In this document: piece after piece, positions 59,568-64,000 of the stretch
Layout of the letters: each line of letters starts with the position of its first letter
How positions within the stretch are numbered: the first letter of the stretch is position 1
Source of the DNA: Candidatus Bathyarchaeota archaeon
Lineage (GTDB): Archaea > Thermoproteota > Bathyarchaeia > Bathyarchaeales > Bathycorpusculaceae
Assembly: GCA_963777155.1 (NCBI GenBank)
Contig: CAVZPM010000039.1
Span: 32,001-96,000, forward strand
Direction of reading: 5' to 3'
DNA: 64,000 nucleotides
Program-made: the position numbers and the translations under genes
Notes under the pieces: model-generated
Databases searched by the model: none
Seen by the model: only the letters and a program-made list of their open reading frames with translations
Told to the model about the DNA's origin: nothing

Positions 59568-61205
59568 TTGAGCTTTGAGATTAAAGAAAAAGATTTGCTT
59601 GGCAGAATCGGCAAACTAAAAACTAAAAGTGGCACAGTGGAGACACCGCTGCTTTTCCCAGTCATCAACCCAAGCATTCAACCTATCCCACCCAAACGGC
59701 TCAAGGAAACCTTCGGATTCCAAGCCATAATCACAAACTCATACATAATAAAAAAACGCTATGAAAACAAACCCATCGAGATGGGCGGCTTGCATAAGTT
59801 TCTCGATTACGACGGCGCAGTTATGACCGATTCGGGTGCCTACCAAATCCTGGTCTATGGGGAAGTTGAAGTCTCTCAAAAAGAAATCGTTGCTTACCAA
59901 GAAAGCATCGGCAGCGACATAGCCACCATTCTGGACATTCCTACAGGCTGGAAAGTCACGAAGGAACAGGCAGAAATTACTGTAGCAGAAACTCTGCGGC
60001 GAGCCAAAGCTTTCTTTAAAGAAAAAACACGCGACGATATATTGTGGGTTGGTCCCGTGCAGGGTGGAAAACATCTTGACTTGGTAGCCAGTTCGGCAGT
60101 TGAAATGGGAAAGTTGCCCTTCCCAATACATGCCTTGGGAAGCCCAACAGAAGTCATGGAGAACTACCGCTATGATGTCCTGGCTGATATGATATTAACC
60201 TGCAAAAAGGGTATCCCCATAGAGCGTCCTCTGCACCTTTTTGGCGCTGGGCACCCGTCTATGTTCGCGTTGGCGGTGTCTTTGGGATGCGATCTCTTCG
60301 ACTCCGCAGCCTACGCCTTGTACGCTCGAGAGAACCGCTACATGACAGAGAATGGTACCTGGCGACTAAACGAACTAGACTATTTCCCATGTAGCTGCCC
60401 CAGATGCAGTACAGAGACGCCTAGAGGACTAGAGCGGAAATTACCTAAAGAACGGGAAGTCTTCCTTGCTGAACATAACCTTCACGTTTGCCTAGCCGAA
60501 TTGCGGCGAATTAAACAAGCTATCCGCGATGGCAGACTATGGGAACATACCGAAATGCGTCTCCACGCCCACCCAGCACTGCTTTCAGCCCTAAAACGGG
60601 TGCGCAACCACGAAGACTTCTTGGAGACGTATAGCCCAACTTCAAAGAGTAGCGGTTTCTTCTACTTCGACTCTGTGGGACTTGTACGACCAGAAATAAC
60701 CCATTACCGCAAACGCCTCAGCGAACGGTACTCACCTCCCCAGGCTGCAAGGGTGCTTCTGCTTGTTCCTCAAACCAGAAACAAACCCTTCCATAAAGCA
60801 CCAGAGTTCAAGAAAATTAGGCAATTGCTCAGAACTTTAGGCAAAGAACTTTCTATGCAGGTGCATGTTTGCGTCTACTCGGCTCCGTTTGGGTTGGTGC
60901 CTTTGGAGCTCGATGAGGTTTATCCGCTTTCCCAACACGAGACTGCCCACCCGTTCGATTGTGAAACGGTCGATTATGTGGCAACTCAAACTGCGGAGTA
61001 CATCAGACGTTCAGCTTACAAAGGAGTTGTTTTGTTAAATGACCCTAAACACTGGAGCGACGCCGTCAAAAAAACCTGCATAAAAGCATGTAAATCTGCA
61101 GGGTTGCCGTTTGACTCTGTAGATGCCAACGTGCAGGGAAGTCGAGAAATTTTTAGCCGCTTAGAGAGTATTCTGAGAAAGCAGCTAACGGAAAATCTGA
61201 AATGA
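59568..61205 (+). CDS. tgtA: Archaeosine tRNA-guanine(15) transglycosylase
   Basis: ETPLLFPVINP, MTDSGAYQ, HLFGAGHP, DLFDSAAY, CSCPRC, HNL. Confidence 0.95.
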   Translation: MSFEIKEKDLLGRIGKLKTKSGTVETPLLFPVINPSIQPIPPKRLKETFGFQAIITNSYIIKKRYENKPIEMGGLHKFLDYDGAVMTDSGAYQILVYGEVEVSQKEIVAYQESIGSDIATILDIPTGWKVTKEQAEITVAETLRRAKAFFKEKTRDDILWVGPVQGGKHLDLVASSAVEMGKLPFPIHALGSPTEVMENYRYDVLADMILTCKKGIPIERPLHLFGAGHPSMFALAVSLGCDLFDSAAYALYARENRYMTENGTWRLNELDYFPCSCPRCSTETPRGLERKLPKEREVFLAEHNLHVCLAELRRIKQAIRDGRLWEHTEMRLHAHPALLSALKRVRNHEDFLETYSPTSKSSGFFYFDSVGLVRPEITHYRKRLSERYSPPQAARVLLLVPQTRNKPFHKAPEFKKIRQLLRTLGKELSMQVHVCVYSAPFGLVPLELDEVYPLSQHETAHPFDCETVDYVATQTAEYIRRSAYKGVVLLNDPKHWSDAVKKTCIKACKSAGLPFDSVDANVQGSREIFSRLESILRKQLTENLK

Positions 61206-61290
61206 AAGGGTCTTGGCAAACTTTTTTTGCCACTAACCGCTGAAAGTATATTTAGTAAATCTTGCCCTTAGTGTTCATGGAGATGTAAAT

Positions 61291-61903
61291 ATAGAACCCC
61301 TATACGCCGACTTCCACATCCACACGATCTATTCTGCGGACTCCGTTATTCAACCTAAAACTCTTGTTGATATGCTTGCGGCACACAGTTTCATTAAGGT
61401 TGCAGCCGTCACTGACCATGACAGCGTACGCGGTTGTAGGGCGACAGTTGAGTTGGCTTCCGCTTACCCTGATATTTTGGTGATTCCGGGTGTTGAAATT
61501 AGCACTGAGCAGGGAGATGTCGTGGTTTTAGGTACTTATGAGTTGCCACCTAAGCCTTGGACGCCCGAGGTTGTTATTGACTTTGCAAAGTCGATTGGTG
61601 GGGTTTCTATTGTGGCGCATCCATTCAGGATGTATGGTATGGGTGAGCGTGCCAGAAACGTACAAGGTTGATGCTATCGAAGTCTTAAATGGTGGCTCCA
61701 GCCAAACTGCAAACGACGAGGCAAAGGAACTCGCTAAGAGTTTAAGTTTGCCTGGAACCGCTGGTAGCGATGCACATCAAGTGTCCGAATTGTTCAGCGT
61801 TTTCAACAAAGTTAGCGCTTCACTTGATGTCGACTCGGTCTTAAAAGCCATAAAACAAGGCTCTGTCTCGGCGCAAGTAAATCGAGGGTCAATACGTTTT
61901 TAA
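61291..61903 (+). CDS. PHP domain phosphoesterase (probable ATA start; apparent +1 frameshift near 61657)
   Basis: ADFHIHTIYSAD, VTDHD, GVEIST, AHPF, EVLNG, GSDAH spread over two frames. Confidence 0.85.
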
Positions 61904-61947
61904 AACAGCTTAGTCCATTTTTAATCGTTAAATGTTAATAGTAAGGA

Positions 61948-63213
61948 TTGGTCTGTTTGCAAGTTGGATTTTTAGGTGGAGCTCGCGAAGTTGGCAGAAT
62001 TGGAATAAGCGTTAAGACTGCGAAGACTCAGGTTGTTTGCGATTACGGTGTTATGCTTGATAATGAACCAGGTTTCCCCATGCATGTTCCACCCAAAGAA
62101 GTCAACGCTGTAATTTTAACTCACAGTCACCTTGACCATTCAGGTGCCGTTCCAATCTTCTACATAAACGATAAGAAACCTCTTTACACAAACAAGCTCA
62201 GCTTAGAATTAACCCAGCTTCTCGTACAAGACTTCATCCACCTATCCAGCTACTACTTACCCTTCGAGTATCTTGAACTAAAAACCATGATGCATAACAA
62301 CAAACACCTAGATTTTGGCGTTGAAGAATCCATCGGAGACATGAATATCAAATTGTTCAACGCAGGCCATACACCTGGAAGCTCACAAGTGCTGATGGAA
62401 GCAGAAGGCAAACGTGTCCTCTACACTGGTGACTTCAACTTGGAAGATAGCAAACTTCTGGCAGGTGCTCCTATGAATTATGGCGATTTAGATGCAGTGG
62501 TCATAGAAAGCACATACGCAGACGCCGACCACACGGAACGCTTGGAGCTTGAGCGGCAGTTCGTTGAAGCCTGCACCATTGTGGTTGAAGCAGGTGGAAC
62601 CGTGCTTGTGCCTGCGTTTGGTGTGGGGCGTTCACAGGAGATAGCATGTGTCTTGGCAGCGCACCATTTTGATTACCCCGTAACCTTAGATGGCATGGCT
62701 CGCGAAGCAAGCCGCGTAATCATGAATTACAAAGAATTCCTCAAAGACCCAAAACTCTTCATGAACGCCATGCACTCAGCAGAGTGGGTAGAAGGCTGGC
62801 GTGACAGAAGAAATGCCCTCAGAACACCCGGAGTCATTATTTCGACTGCAGGCATGCTTAAAGGCGGTCCAGCAGCATTTTACATCTCCAAACTTGGCAA
62901 AAAAGCAAACAACGCGGTCTTCTTAGTTAGCTACCAGATTCCAGGTACACCCGGTAGGGAACTTATGGAAAAGGGCGTCTGTACAATCGATGGCCAAGTC
63001 CGCAAAATAAAGGCGCAATACCGCCACTTCGACTTCTCGTCACACTGCGGCGCAAGCAAACTCAAAGAAGCCCTAATCAAACTGGGCGGCAAACCCAAAG
63101 TCTTTGTGGTCCATGGTGCAGAAGGCAACTGTGAATTGTTTGCTAACTGGGCAAAAACCGAGTTGGGTTTGGATGCGGTTGCGCCACGAACCGGAGAAAC
63201 CTACCAAATCTAG
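61948..63213 (+). CDS. Beta-CASP MBL-fold ribonuclease (aCPSF2-like)
   Basis: GGAREVGR, THSHLDHSG, AGHTPGS, YTGD, ESTY, FGVGRSQE, SSH, VHG. Confidence 0.92.
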   Translation: MVCLQVGFLGGAREVGRIGISVKTAKTQVVCDYGVMLDNEPGFPMHVPPKEVNAVILTHSHLDHSGAVPIFYINDKKPLYTNKLSLELTQLLVQDFIHLSSYYLPFEYLELKTMMHNNKHLDFGVEESIGDMNIKLFNAGHTPGSSQVLMEAEGKRVLYTGDFNLEDSKLLAGAPMNYGDLDAVVIESTYADADHTERLELERQFVEACTIVVEAGGTVLVPAFGVGRSQEIACVLAAHHFDYPVTLDGMAREASRVIMNYKEFLKDPKLFMNAMHSAEWVEGWRDRRNALRTPGVIISTAGMLKGGPAAFYISKLGKKANNAVFLVSYQIPGTPGRELMEKGVCTIDGQVRKIKAQYRHFDFSSHCGASKLKEALIKLGGKPKVFVVHGAEGNCELFANWAKTELGLDAVAPRTGETYQI

Positions 63214-63222
63214 GCTAAGCAT

Positions 63223-63779
63223 ATGAAAGTTGGGATTTTGCAGGTTGGGCAAGTTGCCCCAGAGGTTCTGGCTGCGCTAGCTGAAGGCTTACCGAAAGTT
63301 TTCCCTGATACCACAGCAACTGTAATCACGGATGTCTTGCCTGTTTCCCAGGGCGCGTTTGACAAGAAACGCAGCCAATACAACTCGAGTTTACTTCTCA
63401 ACGAGGTTAGGGTCTACGCGGCTAAAAGACAGCAGGATTTTCACCGTGTCCTGGGGGTTGTGGATGCTGATATGTTTGCTTTCGGGTTAAACTACGTTTT
63501 TGGGGAAGCCTATACTCTGGGTGCGGCGGCGCTTGTTTCGCTTTGGCGGCTAAAGCCCGAATTCTGCAGAGACCAGTCCTAACAAGTCGCTCTATCTGCT
63601 GCGGGCACAAAAAGAAGCAGTCCACGAGCTGGGGCACACGTTGGGTGTGAAACATTGTCCTCGCTCTCTTATGTGTTATGCACTTTTCCAACTCCATCTT
63701 TGATACCGATAAGAAGCAAAACTTGTTATGTGACGATTGTTACATGCAAGCGGCTATAGCGATTAGCAATTTAGGGTAA
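63223..63779 (+). CDS. amzA: Archaemetzincin Zn metalloprotease (two apparent frameshifts near 63578 and 63670)
   Basis: RSQY, LNYVFGEA; then KEAVHELGHTLGVKHC; then CVMHFSNS..DTDKK..LCDDC in successive frames. Confidence 0.85.
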
Positions 63780-63784
63780 GAGAC

Positions 63785-64000
63785 GTGACTGAACAACAAA
63801 AAACTGAACCACAAAAGCCTGAACAGAAAGAACAGGACAAATTCAAGTTCCAATTCGTCTACCTAGTTCCCATATTGGCAAGCATGCTTTTCGGTTTAGC
63901 CTGTGCATATTTGATTGCGCCTCAACAATCAGAAGCCATTCCCGTCACACCCATTCCTGAAACAACCCCAGGCGCACCATTCGGCAATGCACTGTACTTT
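63785..64000 (+). CDS. 5' part of a membrane protein (runs off the window; possibly presenilin-like)
   Basis: GTG start, TEQQKTE...YLVPILASMLFGLACAYLI...GNALYF, open to the window end. Confidence 0.55.
   Translation, partial: MTEQQKTEPQKPEQKEQDKFKFQFVYLVPILASMLFGLACAYLIAPQQSEAIPVTPIPETTPGAPFGNALYF

Noticed and set aside
1872-63697. Numerous 60-140 aa ORFs antisense to or nested in well-supported genes
   Set aside because: Shadow ORFs with no motifs, except those used above to rebuild frameshifted genes
1-64000. CRISPR arrays, tRNA genes, integrases, transposases, defence systems
   Set aside because: None recognised by eye; tRNAs with atypical introns could have been missed

Overview
Archaeal chromosomal window, most likely Bathyarchaeia/TACK. 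This is inferred from archaeal-type TrpRS, HisRS, CCA enzyme, TgtA and PAC2, an unlinked 5S rRNA, TATA-box promoters and paralogous secreted proteins. Most of it is housekeeping: map, trpS, glgP, purA, nadA, glnA, hisS, endA, mtnA, cca, thpR, class II HMG-CoA reductase, acdB, glmM, a glmU-like gene, tgtA and a beta-CASP nuclease. It also carries a nikR/nikMN nickel module with a clear operator and a ~12 kb type IV pilus-like locus (ATPase, platform protein, five pilin-like genes, prepilin peptidase). I saw no CRISPR array, tRNA gene, integrase or transposase. Several genes (htrA, purA, an SIS protein, DUF54, a pilin, PHP, archaemetzincin) are broken, mostly by single extra bases, which looks like sequencing/assembly error. 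Best leads: (1) a giant pilin-like protein whose domains appear nested inside one another; (2) an unannotated ~140-nt rod-shaped RNA candidate with its own TATA box and a C-rich loop upstream of trpS; (3) pilin-like genes with no class III leader; (4) head-to-head paralogs whose whole intergenic region is an imperfect palindrome; (5) three genes that appear to start at ATA. All calls come from reading motifs by eye; no searches were run.
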